Shown: in pieces, positions 38,380-47,854 of the stretch
Layout of the letters: the number at the start of each line of letters is the position of its first letter
Numbering within the stretch: position 1 is the first letter of the stretch
Origin: a virus
Taxonomy: Duplodnaviria; Caudoviricetes
DNA length: 59,137 nucleotides
Direction: 5' to 3' (one strand)
Virus record (IMG/VR): IMGVR_UViG_3300002461_000254
Coordinates: 1-59,137 of that record
The notes under the pieces: generated by a model
What the model saw: only the letters and a program-made list of their open reading frames with translations
Databases searched by the model: none
Told to the model about the DNA's origin: nothing
Translations under genes and position numbers: made by a program

Positions 38380-38727
38380 ATGAATAGCGCCGAGAGGTGC
38401 AACATGATCCGAGCCGCCAGCTTTGCAGCTGCCATCGTTATCCAGGCCGGCACGGCTCAGGCCCAAGATCGCCCGGCCTATTGCCCCATCCCGGAACGCT
38501 CCTCGGCGGACACGCTCAACGTGATCATTCACTACTGCCGACCCGGCGACCTGATCGGCATCCCTGCCGACAACCCGGAGTGGGTGGCGCGGATTTGCGA
38601 CCTCTCTAAGCCCACCACGCCGACGGGCCGCTTCGTCGTCTGCCATCTCGCCGCGAGCATCGGGCCTTACAAGGGCGTACCCGGGTCGTCCTCTCTGCTC
38701 CGAGAGCAGGTCATCCGACCGCGCTGA
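38380..38727 (+). CDS. small secreted Cys-containing protein
   Basis: Signal peptide ending AQA-Q. Confidence 0.5.
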   Translation: MNSAERCNMIRAASFAAAIVIQAGTAQAQDRPAYCPIPERSSADTLNVIIHYCRPGDLIGIPADNPEWVARICDLSKPTTPTGRFVVCHLAASIGPYKGVPGSSSLLREQVIRPR

Positions 38728-38794
38728 GGCCTCGCGCCCCGTTCCGCCGATAGCCGTCCCTGCTATCCTCAGGCGCCGAATCAGGGAGCGCGCC

Positions 38795-39214
38795 ATGGCG
38801 AGACGACCGATCCCAGTGCATGAGCCTGAGGTGGTGTCGGCAGGCGCCAAGCGCCGTTGGGGCGATGACGAGAAGGTTCCGACGACAGCCATTGGCACTC
38901 TTGTGGTCGACGGTGTCGGCCTAAGCAGTCGGTATGACAAGGCTCATGAGATTGAGGCCATGAGGCGGATGGTTGAGGGAGTGGAGCCCCACCTGCGGAG
39001 GCACATCCTTAGCATCTGGTGCGATAGCAAGGCCGAGGCGTGCTATTCCGTGTCTCTCGACGGTTGCGACGAGCGGACTGCCGTGATTGTGGTCGATCAA
39101 CTCGAAGAAGCCTGCCGCGTAAAGAATGGCGGCCACAACGGCATGTGGGTCAGCGGACACCAAGGCGGAGGGCTCTCGCGCGACCCCTATTGGGCTGGTG
39201 ATGACCAGTTGTGA
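38795..39214 (+). CDS. hypothetical protein
   Basis: RBS; coupled to the next gene. Confidence 0.6.
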   Translation: MARRPIPVHEPEVVSAGAKRRWGDDEKVPTTAIGTLVVDGVGLSSRYDKAHEIEAMRRMVEGVEPHLRRHILSIWCDSKAEACYSVSLDGCDERTAVIVVDQLEEACRVKNGGHNGMWVSGHQGGGLSRDPYWAGDDQL

Positions 39215-40134
39215 CCAGCCCGCCTCGTATCCTTCTACCTTCGCGCCTTGAGGGCACCGCTATCCACCGCGTGACGAGCGCGATCACTGCGGCGTGTCCT
39301 GATGGGCTCCCGAAGGAGATTGTCTTCGATATGAGCAGCCTGCGCTTCGTCCGTCCCGCCGGGGTCGTGCTGCTTAGCAACGTCGTCTCGTGGATGAAAC
39401 ACCGGGATTGCAGAGTTACGTTTGCCGGAACATCCACGTCCGCGGGATGGAGCCGACCCGAGGGGGTCACCTACCTCGATAACGCGCATTTCTTTCGACT
39501 GCATCAAGGTGCCCCGCTAAGCCCGGCGGCGAAGTCGTATCGGTCGATGCAACCGCTGCGGCTTATATCAAACAACGATGTGCACGCTTGGCTGGAAAAT
39601 AATCTGATACCTTGGCTAGCGAGTATTCTGCGCGTCAACACAGCGACTTTGGCGGATTACAAGGTTTGTATCAGCGAACTATTCAACAACATTCACGACC
39701 ATTCGGCTAATGAGATTGGAAGCATTCTGGTCCAACATTTTGGAGCAGAGAACACAGTCCGCATTGCCATCGCAGATTGGGGTGTAGGGATCCCAGCGAC
39801 GGTCAGAAGGGTTGAGCCGGAGATTGTGGGGCATGGCGATGCAATTGTGCGGGCTGTCCAGCCCGGCTTCACATCGAAATCCTGGCCGCGTAACCAAGGG
39901 GCAGGCTTGGCGCACCTTCTGGACAAGGTGGTCGGATCAAACCGCGGTTCCGTACTAATCATGTCGAGCAACGGAACTGTTCGCTTTGAGCCCGCCGGGG
40001 AGGGCGGAACTGGTTGGAGTTCCGTCCCGCTGTCTGATGCCGGATTCTGCCCAGGCACCGTTGTAGAAATCCACCTACGTACCGATACTATCGAGCACGT
40101 GCCCGAGAGCAGGGAGGACATGGAATGGCCCTGA
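39211..40134 (+). CDS. STAS-like + GHKL/HATPase protein
   Basis: FDMSSLRFVRPAG; ELFNNIHDHS, IADWGVGIP, NQGAGL, PGTVV. Confidence 0.85.
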   Translation: MTSPPRILLPSRLEGTAIHRVTSAITAACPDGLPKEIVFDMSSLRFVRPAGVVLLSNVVSWMKHRDCRVTFAGTSTSAGWSRPEGVTYLDNAHFFRLHQGAPLSPAAKSYRSMQPLRLISNNDVHAWLENNLIPWLASILRVNTATLADYKVCISELFNNIHDHSANEIGSILVQHFGAENTVRIAIADWGVGIPATVRRVEPEIVGHGDAIVRAVQPGFTSKSWPRNQGAGLAHLLDKVVGSNRGSVLIMSSNGTVRFEPAGEGGTGWSSVPLSDAGFCPGTVVEIHLRTDTIEHVPESREDMEWP

Positions 40135-40421
40135 TAAAGGTCGCCGACATCGCTTCCGGGGCGGACACCGGGGATCAAGGCGCCGCTGTCGCCGAGCACC
40201 TGGAGGTGGCGCTGAGCCGCGCCGACGCTGTCACGCTATCGTTCGATGGGGTCTCGACAGCGACCTCGTCTTTCGTCAATGCAGCGCTGCTGCCGATCCT
40301 CGACCGCATGAGCTTCGAGGAGTTCAAACGCCGAGTACGCATCGTCGATTCCACCCGCCAGATCAACGGAATGATACGGGAGCGCGTGATGCATCGCGCC
40401 GCCGCGCTCGCAGCTCACTAG
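40125..40421 (+). CDS. STAS-like (DUF4325) protein
   Basis: VTLSFDGVSTATSSFVNAAL. Confidence 0.8.
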   Translation: MALIKVADIASGADTGDQGAAVAEHLEVALSRADAVTLSFDGVSTATSSFVNAALLPILDRMSFEEFKRRVRIVDSTRQINGMIRERVMHRAAALAAH

Positions 40422-40538
40422 GCGCCGCGTTCCCCTTCCGGTCCTACAGGCAGTTGCGGTGGGAAGGCGCGCGCATCACTCTCATGCCTTGCCCGCTCCG
40501 GTATCTCATGCCTCAATAAGGCAACCGGGGAGGGTGCA

Positions 40539-41144
40539 ATGCGCGTCTGGCTTTCACTGGCGGTGATGGCGGCGATGTCGGCCGGCGCTCTTGCTCAGGA
40601 TCTCGAAACGCAGATGCGGGACTGTAGAACGAAGACGGTCGCTGCGGAGCGGCTAGAGTGTCTTGATGCGATCCCCCTGCCAGAACTTCCGGCAGCGACC
40701 GAAGACAGTGCAGCGGCATGGTCGATCACTGAAGGTAAGTCACCGCTCGATGACAGCCCCTCGGTGACGGCGGCGTTGGCAGCGCAGCCTCCCAGCAAAC
40801 TATTGATGATCGTGCGCTGCCGAGAGTCGCGGACGGAGTTATTGGTATCCGCAGACGGACCGATCGATTTCACCCAGCAACTGGCAGTAAGCTATCGCCT
40901 AGGCCAAGCGCCGGCAGTGCAGGCAAATTGGGGCACGTCCACCAACGGGCGGGCAGTGTTCTCACCGCCAGCGGCGACCATCTCGACTATCAGGAGTATT
41001 CCCGAGAACGGTCGGGTGTTCTTCCGTGTGCGGGGCCAAATCGCTCAGCACGAGGGGACTTTCAACACGGCCGGCATCGATGAGGTCCGCCGCAGGGTTT
41101 CGATAGCCTGCAGGTGGCCTGCTGAGGGCGCGCGGCGCCGCTGA
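40539..41144 (+). CDS. secreted VasI/TagO-like protein
   Basis: Signal peptide; RLECLD; WSITEGKSPLDDS; IVRCRESRTEL. Confidence 0.65.
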   Translation: MRVWLSLAVMAAMSAGALAQDLETQMRDCRTKTVAAERLECLDAIPLPELPAATEDSAAAWSITEGKSPLDDSPSVTAALAAQPPSKLLMIVRCRESRTELLVSADGPIDFTQQLAVSYRLGQAPAVQANWGTSTNGRAVFSPPAATISTIRSIPENGRVFFRVRGQIAQHEGTFNTAGIDEVRRRVSIACRWPAEGARRR

Positions 41145-41390
41145 GGACTATGCGAAGCGCAGGCCAAGCATAGGCTGGCCGACGAGTATGACGCAGCGCA
41201 AGAACGTGGCGAGGTTCGTAGGCCCAATAACGAGAAAATCACTTCCAGCGCGGAAGCGGTTTCTGTCTCTGACCTTGGCCTGTCCCACAAGGACATCCAC
41301 GAAGCCCGCATCATCCGTGACGCCGAGAAGGCTGACCCAGGCATCGTCCGGCGCGCAAGCGTTCGCCCCCGCGGGGACGGCGCTTCTTGA
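41145..41390 (+). pseudogene. start-less fragment of a common phage protein
   Basis: EAQAKHRLADEYDAAQERGEV...LGLSHKDIHEARIIRDAEKADPGIVRR, no start codon. Confidence 0.55.
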
Positions 41391-41688
41391 TCGGTTAGGG
41401 AAATCAGTTCATCGTGTCCGTGGGTGTGGAAACCCGGACCTGAGTAGGGACGTCGATCCGTTGGCGCGGATCACGTGCCCATCGCGTGAGAGCCTTGGCG
41501 GGCTCGACATCGCGTGGAGCGCCTTGGCGGGCGCCCGTCCTGGCCATTATGGCCGGGGGCGGTGCGCCATGTCCAGCGGGAAACCGTAAAAGCGCGTCGA
41601 CGTGTCTCTCAGGCACGTTTCCACCCCCCGGCTGCCCGGTCTGTTACCGGGCGCGGCTGTGGAAAGCCGATCACCTGAGAGCACCACC

Positions 41689-42336
41689 ATGAACACGATG
41701 CACGCCACGGCGGCACCGGGGCTCGTCCCCGACCATCCCAGCAACATTCTCGATATCCTCGACCGCCTCCGACTGGAGGCTAAAGGCGACGTTCGGCGCA
41801 TGCGCCGCGCGGCAGCTGAGCGCGTCGATGCCCTGATTGCCTTTCTCGACGCCACCGATGGCGACGCCGACCTTGAAGACGGCGATGGCCTCGAAGACGG
41901 TTGGGACCTTGAGGACGGCGGCGAGAGCGAACCGACACTCGGCGCCAGCGAAACCCGCCTTTCGATCCCTGAGCACCGCACATGGTGGGGGCCGATAGTC
42001 GAGAGTTGCGAGCCGCTCGGCTCCCAGTCGTCTTGGGCGGCTGGCCACCTGCGCAGCGATGACGCCGAAGAGGATGTGCAGGACGAGCCGCACGACGCTG
42101 GATACGAGGGCAACGACGAACCCTCTCTCGGCTGGCCGGAGGGCCGCGAAAACCAGCAAGGCGGGCTCTTCGGCACCGATGACACCGAAGACGAGCACGA
42201 CGGCCGCGAGCCCGATGACGAGGATAGCGCCGTCGACGACTTCGGCTGCGACGACGAGGAGTCTGACAGCTTCTACGCCGCTGGCCCTGAAGCCCACTTC
42301 CAGATGGCGGCGGGCTTCGAGCACTCCGCTATCTGA
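41689..42336 (+). CDS. highly acidic hypothetical protein
   Basis: D/E-rich with repeated EP(S/T)LG. Confidence 0.7.
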   Translation: MNTMHATAAPGLVPDHPSNILDILDRLRLEAKGDVRRMRRAAAERVDALIAFLDATDGDADLEDGDGLEDGWDLEDGGESEPTLGASETRLSIPEHRTWWGPIVESCEPLGSQSSWAAGHLRSDDAEEDVQDEPHDAGYEGNDEPSLGWPEGRENQQGGLFGTDDTEDEHDGREPDDEDSAVDDFGCDDEESDSFYAAGPEAHFQMAAGFEHSAI

Positions 42337-42389
42337 CGACACCCGGCCGGCGCCACGCGCGCCGGCCACCATCCCATCAGGAGAAGACC

Positions 42390-42728
42390 ATGAACTGCAC
42401 CGACATCATCGCCGCAGCTGAGGCCGGCGACCGTACTGCAACAGAGGAAGCCTTCCGGGCGCTTGTCGACTTCCCGCACGAAGAGCGCGTCGAAGGAACG
42501 CCGGACGAGCTTCTCGCCGCCCTCGACAGCTGCTGCGCCACGCTGATCGACGACCGGGTCGTCATGCCGGCCGGGACATGCCGCGCGCTCGGCATTCCGG
42601 CAGGCTCCAGCTATCACCAGGGCGCGGGATCGGCGCAGGCGGGCAGGGACGCGCTCCAGCGCCGATTTGCCGCCTATAGCCCTTCCTACGGCAGCGAGGG
42701 CGTCCTCCAGGCGGGGAGGGCAATGTGA
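42390..42728 (+). CDS. hypothetical protein
   Basis: AGGAG RBS. Confidence 0.6.
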   Translation: MNCTDIIAAAEAGDRTATEEAFRALVDFPHEERVEGTPDELLAALDSCCATLIDDRVVMPAGTCRALGIPAGSSYHQGAGSAQAGRDALQRRFAAYSPSYGSEGVLQAGRAM

Positions 42729-43321
42729 TGGCTCAGCCGATCGTGCGGGAGCACCCGCAGAGGACCATCAGCCGCCTTCAGAGGCAGGTCGATCAGTTGC
42801 GGCGGCAGGCGACGGAACAGCCGATCGAACGCTTTGATGTCGAGGCTGCCGCGGCGCTCAACCAGCTGCGAGAAGTGGTGGCCAGCCTCGCCAGCGAGAT
42901 CATCGCCCTCCGGATCGAGAGCGAGGGGATGCGCCGGGCCGCCGGCGTGGCGGTGGTGATGGACGGTGAGGAGAGCAAATCCGAAGTGCTCTACGGAGCG
43001 GCGGCGATCGCGAGGTTTCTCGGGCTCGCCGAGAAGGTCGTGAGGCATCGCATTGATCAGCAACTGATCCCGACTTTCCGCATTGGCGGAACGGTATGCG
43101 CACGGCCCGCCCGCCTTCGAGAGTGGCTCGCCGATCAAGACAAGCCCGATCTGCTCTACGGGATGAAGGACATCGCGGAGCATCTCGGCCTCTCTGAGCG
43201 TCAGGCGCAGCACCTGCACGACACCTCCCGACTACCGACCTACAAGATTGGTCGGAAGATTTGCGCGCTGCGCTCGAAGCTCGACGGATGGCTTGATCAG
43301 CAAGCGGGGAGGGCAACCTGA
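42725..43321 (+). CDS. coiled coil + tandem AlpA/Xis-like wHTH protein
   Basis: Two repeats homologous to 26280-26483. Confidence 0.75.
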   Translation: MMAQPIVREHPQRTISRLQRQVDQLRRQATEQPIERFDVEAAAALNQLREVVASLASEIIALRIESEGMRRAAGVAVVMDGEESKSEVLYGAAAIARFLGLAEKVVRHRIDQQLIPTFRIGGTVCARPARLREWLADQDKPDLLYGMKDIAEHLGLSERQAQHLHDTSRLPTYKIGRKICALRSKLDGWLDQQAGRAT

Positions 43322-44544
43322 TGGCTAGCGTTCGCAAGAGGAAGTGGACCTATAACGGCACCGTCAGGGAGGCATGGATCGTCGAGTACCGAGACGGAGC
43401 TGGCAAGGTGCGAACCATCACCGAGCGCACCAAGAAGGATGCGGAGCGGCGACGGTTTCAGGTCGAGGCCGAGATCGAACGCGGCGAGCACATCCTGATC
43501 AAGAAGACGGTGCTCGAGTTGTGCGACGACTTCCTCCGGCTACAGGACCAGCGCGTCAGAGACGGCACAATCGGCAGGCCCTGGCGCCGGATCATCGAGA
43601 GGTATGTGCGCCTTCACGTGCTGCCGTACATCGGGGCCCGAATCTTCTCCGAGCTTCAGTCGACGGATGCAGAGCACTGGTGGGTGGAGGTGTCCAAGGC
43701 GGGCACGATGAACGTCCAGACCCGAAAGAGCTGCCTGGAGGTCCTACGGCAGATCGAAGACATGGCGGTCCGCCGCGGTTACGGTAAGCGGCGGGTCTTC
43801 GCGGAGTTCAGACCGGAGCGAGCGGCAGGGCGGCGCACCATCGCAACGTTCACCGTTGACGACGTGAAGGCGCTCATCGAAGCCCTGAAGCACAAGCCGC
43901 GGTGGATCCGTCACCGGATGCACGCCACCATGAAAGTGGCCGTCTATCTGGCGGCATTCTGCGGGCTCCGGCGCGGCGAAATCTTCGGGCTCAAGGCGGA
44001 GAATGTCGACTTCGATCGACGGCTTATCAAGGTGCGCAACAGCCTGACGAACGACCTTGTGCTGAAGGGCCCCAAGACGCGATCGGGCATTCGCGATGTG
44101 CCAATGCCCGGACCTGTAGAAGCGGTGCTTCGCGAGTGGTGGGACACCTACTACCGCCCGAACCCGCACGGCCTACTCTTGACTACGGAGAACGATGCGC
44201 CTGTGACGATGAGCCATGGCTTCTACAACGCTTGGGGCTTGCTGCTTCAGCGGGCCGGTCTTCAGGAAAAAGGGGAGGCCCGGCCCTTCCATTTCCACGC
44301 CCTGCGACACTTCGCGGCGAGCTGGATGCTGGAGGGTCGGCTGTCGCCCCCCGATGTTGCTGGCCTGCTCGGACACCGAACTTTCGATGTCACGTTGCAG
44401 GTTTACGCGCATTCGGTTTTCTCTGGTTCGCACCGGCACGATGCGCTCGATCGGATGGCCTCCGCGTTGGTCGCCGCTCCACAGACAATCACGCTGGAAC
44501 CGGCAAAAACCCGGCAAGAGGGTGCTAAGTCGTTGATTTCATAA
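43321..44544 (+). CDS. int: satellite tyrosine integrase
   Basis: CGLRRGEIFGL, PKT, FHALRHFAAS, LLGH, VYAH; ends 10 bp before attR. Confidence 0.95.
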   Translation: MASVRKRKWTYNGTVREAWIVEYRDGAGKVRTITERTKKDAERRRFQVEAEIERGEHILIKKTVLELCDDFLRLQDQRVRDGTIGRPWRRIIERYVRLHVLPYIGARIFSELQSTDAEHWWVEVSKAGTMNVQTRKSCLEVLRQIEDMAVRRGYGKRRVFAEFRPERAAGRRTIATFTVDDVKALIEALKHKPRWIRHRMHATMKVAVYLAAFCGLRRGEIFGLKAENVDFDRRLIKVRNSLTNDLVLKGPKTRSGIRDVPMPGPVEAVLREWWDTYYRPNPHGLLLTTENDAPVTMSHGFYNAWGLLLQRAGLQEKGEARPFHFHALRHFAASWMLEGRLSPPDVAGLLGHRTFDVTLQVYAHSVFSGSHRHDALDRMASALVAAPQTITLEPAKTRQEGAKSLIS

Positions 44545-44565
44545 CGCCCAAAAGAGTGGAACACG

Positions 44566-45192
44566 CTGCAGTCGGAGAACTTCGACGCCCTGTCCGACGA
44601 CCAGGAGGCCCACACGGCGAAGATCCGCCGCGACATGGCCCTCTACGCCCTCAACGGCGATACCTCCATCGTCTTCCAGGGCTACACCGGGCACGGCATC
44701 AAGAGTTCGCCGCTGTCCAAGTCGATCAATCTGGGGCCGACCGGGGGTGCCAATATCAACCTCGCCGCCTCGGGCACCACGTCGGACGCGATCGAGGGCT
44801 TCATCAACGGCGCCTTCGGGACCATGCTGGACGCGAACCTCATCACGCGGCCGGTGAACCTCTACATCTCGCCCGAAATCGCGCGGAACTGGGATCGACC
44901 CTATTCCGGTTCGTCGGGGTTCAAGATCGGCTCGCTGCGTGACGCGCTGCTCGCCAACCGGCGCATCAACAAGATCGAGGTCTCGTTCGAACTGTCGGGC
45001 AACGAGTTCTTCGGCTTCGTTCCAAGCGCCGACTACATCCGCCCGCTCGTCGGCATGGCGGTCAACACGACTGCTATCACCCGCACCAATCCCACGGACA
45101 ATTACCAGTTCCTGGTGATGGGCGCGATGGGCATCGACATCCGCGCCGACATCAACGGTCGGGCGGGCGTCTTCTACTCGGTCAACGTCTGA
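44566..45192 (+). pseudogene. major capsid protein, 3' part
   Basis: LQSENFDAL... in frame with the 5' part; rejoined ORF is 352 aa. Confidence 0.88.
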
Positions 45193-45242
45193 CAATGACG
45201 ACCCCGGCCGGCGCCGGGGTCGCTCACCAACGGAGAGATGAG

Positions 45243-45566
45243 ATGAAGATCGAGATCACTGCGGGCGGAATCTTCGGCGCGAACGGCGAGATCGCCATTG
45301 GCACCGTACTGGACGTCAAGGAGGAGCCGAACTTCTGGGCGGGGCGCTACCGCGTCGTGTCGGGCGGCGGCAAGGACAAGGTGGCCGTGACGAACCCCGC
45401 CGAGGCCGACATGAAGGCCGTCCACCACGGCGGCGGCAAGTTCAACGTCGTCGACGGCGACAAGGTGCTGCTGTCGGGCCTCTCCAAGGCCGATGCCGAC
45501 GCCTTCAACGAGATGTCGACCGAGGACAAAACGTCCTTCGTCGAGTCCGAGACGGCCAAGGGCTGA
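45243..45566 (+). CDS. hypothetical head-associated protein
   Basis: Follows the capsid gene. Confidence 0.65.
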   Translation: MKIEITAGGIFGANGEIAIGTVLDVKEEPNFWAGRYRVVSGGGKDKVAVTNPAEADMKAVHHGGGKFNVVDGDKVLLSGLSKADADAFNEMSTEDKTSFVESETAKG

Positions 45567-45569
45567 CCG

Positions 45570-46061
45570 ATGGCCGGCTATGGCGATGACACGGCTTTCG
45601 CGGCGTGGCTCACCGAGGAGGGGCTCACCCTCCCCGGAGGAGCCCCGACTGCGGCAGTCCTGCGCCAGCGCGGTAGCCGGTACATCGACGCCACCTACGG
45701 CGGCCGCTTCGTCGGCGAGCCCACGGACGGCATTGACCAGGACCGGGCATGGCCGCGCTCAGGCGCCATCGTGCATGGCGTGTCCATCGCGGATGACGTC
45801 GTGCCGAACGCGGTGATCGAGGCCAGTTTCCTCGCAGCGTTCCAGGAGGCGACGACGCCCGGGTCGCTCAGTGGCGCCGCGGTCTCCGGGACGGCCCTCG
45901 TGAAGCGGGAGCGCGTCGAGGGCGCCGTCGAGATCGAATATGCGGTGTCGGAGAAGACCGACCTCGCCGCCGCCTCCCGCGTGATCCTCCCCGCGGTCGA
46001 AGGCATGCTTGCCCCATTCCTTGCGTCCGAGGCCACCGGCTTCGGCATATGGTCCGTCTGA
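45570..46061 (+). CDS. head-tail adaptor
   Basis: RGSRYIDA, QDRAWPR, VPNAVIEA, ERVEGAVEIEY. Confidence 0.75.
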   Translation: MAGYGDDTAFAAWLTEEGLTLPGGAPTAAVLRQRGSRYIDATYGGRFVGEPTDGIDQDRAWPRSGAIVHGVSIADDVVPNAVIEASFLAAFQEATTPGSLSGAAVSGTALVKRERVEGAVEIEYAVSEKTDLAAASRVILPAVEGMLAPFLASEATGFGIWSV

Positions 46062-46426
46062 TGGCCCAGTTCGACTATGGCCGGATGCAGACGAAGGCCG
46101 CGGGCCTGTTCAATCGCTTCCGCCAGGGCGTCGTCACGCTGACCCGGACGCCGACAACGCCGGGCGCGACGCCCATTGATCCCCCGACCTACGGAACGCC
46201 GGTCGTCTACGCCCTCGACGCCGTGGTTCGCGCGGTCGAGGACAAGTTCGTCGACGGCACGCTGGTCTACGCCACCGACCGGCAGGTGATGTGCGCCGTG
46301 CTGCCCATCGAGATCCTGCCCGGCGACACGCTCGCGATCGACGGCAAGGCCGTGACGATCGTCGAGACCATGCGCATCCCCGCCGCGGGCACCGCCGTCG
46401 CCTGGCGCTTCATCGTGCGGGGCTGA
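46061..46426 (+). CDS. head closure protein
   Basis: Position and size; FVDGTLV. Confidence 0.65.
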   Translation: MAQFDYGRMQTKAAGLFNRFRQGVVTLTRTPTTPGATPIDPPTYGTPVVYALDAVVRAVEDKFVDGTLVYATDRQVMCAVLPIEILPGDTLAIDGKAVTIVETMRIPAAGTAVAWRFIVRG

Positions 46427-46427
46427 C

Positions 46428-47438
46428 GTGCCCGCCAACTCATGGGAGCAACTGATCGCGTCGTGGGAGAAGCCCCTTCGGGATGCTTTCCTCGACGGCG
46501 TCTATCGCATCCGCGACGCGGCGCAGATCGGGCTTATCGCCGAGCGGCTCGAGCGCGGTGATGTCGAGGGGGCCCTTCGGGCCGTCGGCATAGACCCCAG
46601 CCGGTTCCGGGAGCTCGACGCGAAGCTCGCCGAGGCCTTCGCCGCCGGCGGGCGCTTCACCGAGAGCCGCATCCCGGCGACGAAAGACCCCAACGGGTTC
46701 CGCCTCGACATCCTCTTTGACATCCGCAACCCCCGCGCCGAGGTCTGGCTGCGCGACCACTCGTCCAACCTCATCCGCCAGATCACTGACGACCAGCGGA
46801 CCATGGTTCGCGCCGCCCTGACGCAGGGCATGATCGACGGCCGCAACCCGCGCGACGTGGCGCTGGAGATTGCCGGCCGGCTCAACCGAGCCACCGGGCG
46901 CCGTGAAGGCGGCCTCATCGGCCTCACATCGACGCAGCAGGAGTGGGCGCGCGGCTATGCCCGCGAGCTCGCCACGGGCGACCCGGCCGCGCTCCAGCGC
47001 CTCATGCGCGACAAACGCTTCGACGCCACGATCCGGCGGGCCATCAAAGAGGGCAGGGGCCTTACCAAGGAGGAAGCCCTGCCGGCGTTCCGGGCCTACC
47101 TCAACCGCGCGCTGAAGATGCGCGGCGAGACGATTGCCCGCACCGAGGCTATGGCGGCGCTTCACGCCTCCGCCCAGGAGGCCATGGCCCAGGCGATCGA
47201 CGCCGGCCAGGTGAACGAGGCCGCCGTCCGCAAGGTCTGGCACTCGGCGCGGGACCGTCGGGTGCGCGACACCCACCGCGCCATGAACGGCCAGCGAGTG
47301 ACGTTTCAGGCGGAGTTCGTCTCGCCGTCAGGCGCGCGGCTTCGCTACCCCGGCGACCCCGCCGCCCCGGCGGCCGAGATCATCAACTGCCGGTGCTGGG
47401 CGGACTACGACATCGATTTCCTCGCCGAGGTCGACTGA
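46428..47438 (+). CDS. MuF / SPP1 gp7-like head morphogenesis protein
   Basis: ETIARTE, KVWHSARDRRVRDTH, YPGDP...INCRC. Confidence 0.9.
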   Translation: MPANSWEQLIASWEKPLRDAFLDGVYRIRDAAQIGLIAERLERGDVEGALRAVGIDPSRFRELDAKLAEAFAAGGRFTESRIPATKDPNGFRLDILFDIRNPRAEVWLRDHSSNLIRQITDDQRTMVRAALTQGMIDGRNPRDVALEIAGRLNRATGRREGGLIGLTSTQQEWARGYARELATGDPAALQRLMRDKRFDATIRRAIKEGRGLTKEEALPAFRAYLNRALKMRGETIARTEAMAALHASAQEAMAQAIDAGQVNEAAVRKVWHSARDRRVRDTHRAMNGQRVTFQAEFVSPSGARLRYPGDPAAPAAEIINCRCWADYDIDFLAEVD

Positions 47439-47854
47439 TGGCCGTCTCCAACCTCTCGTTCGCCGCCCAGGTCGACGGGCTGGTCAAGAAGACCGAGCGC
47501 AACCTGACCGCCGTCTTCCGCGAGAGCGCCAAGCGGGTCATCCAGGAGGCCCAGAACAACGTTCCGGTCGACACAGGCTTCCTGCGATCCTCCCTGCAGG
47601 TCGGCATCAACATGCAGGTGCCGCCCGCTTCCCGGCCTCAGAACGCGCCGGGCCCGGTGCCGAACATCTCGGCGGTGATCGCCGGCGCCAGCCTCGGCGA
47701 CACGATCACGGCCGGCTACACCGCCAACTATGCCCTGTTCGTCGAGTACGGCACCTCCCGAATGGGCCCGCGCCGCTTCGTCGGCCGCGCCGTCGCCAAC
47801 TGGCAGGGCACGGTCAACCGGGTGGTGGCAGAGGTGAACGCTCGGGGTCGATGA
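47438..47854 (+). CDS. HK97 gp10-like neck protein
   Basis: PVDTGFLRSS, YALFVEYGTS. Confidence 0.85.
   Translation: MAVSNLSFAAQVDGLVKKTERNLTAVFRESAKRVIQEAQNNVPVDTGFLRSSLQVGINMQVPPASRPQNAPGPVPNISAVIAGASLGDTITAGYTANYALFVEYGTSRMGPRRFVGRAVANWQGTVNRVVAEVNARGR

Larger units (their letters stand above)
26080..44565 (+). mobile_element. satellite-like integrative element embedded in the capsid gene
   Basis: 12-bp direct repeat GAGTGGAACACG at 26080-91 and 44554-65; integrase at the right end. Confidence 0.92.

Noticed and set aside
40539-41144. Type VI secretion locus
   Set aside because: No other T6SS genes are present
26092-44553. Array units targeting the embedded satellite
   Set aside because: No convincing gapped match found by eye; an exhaustive regex scan is needed
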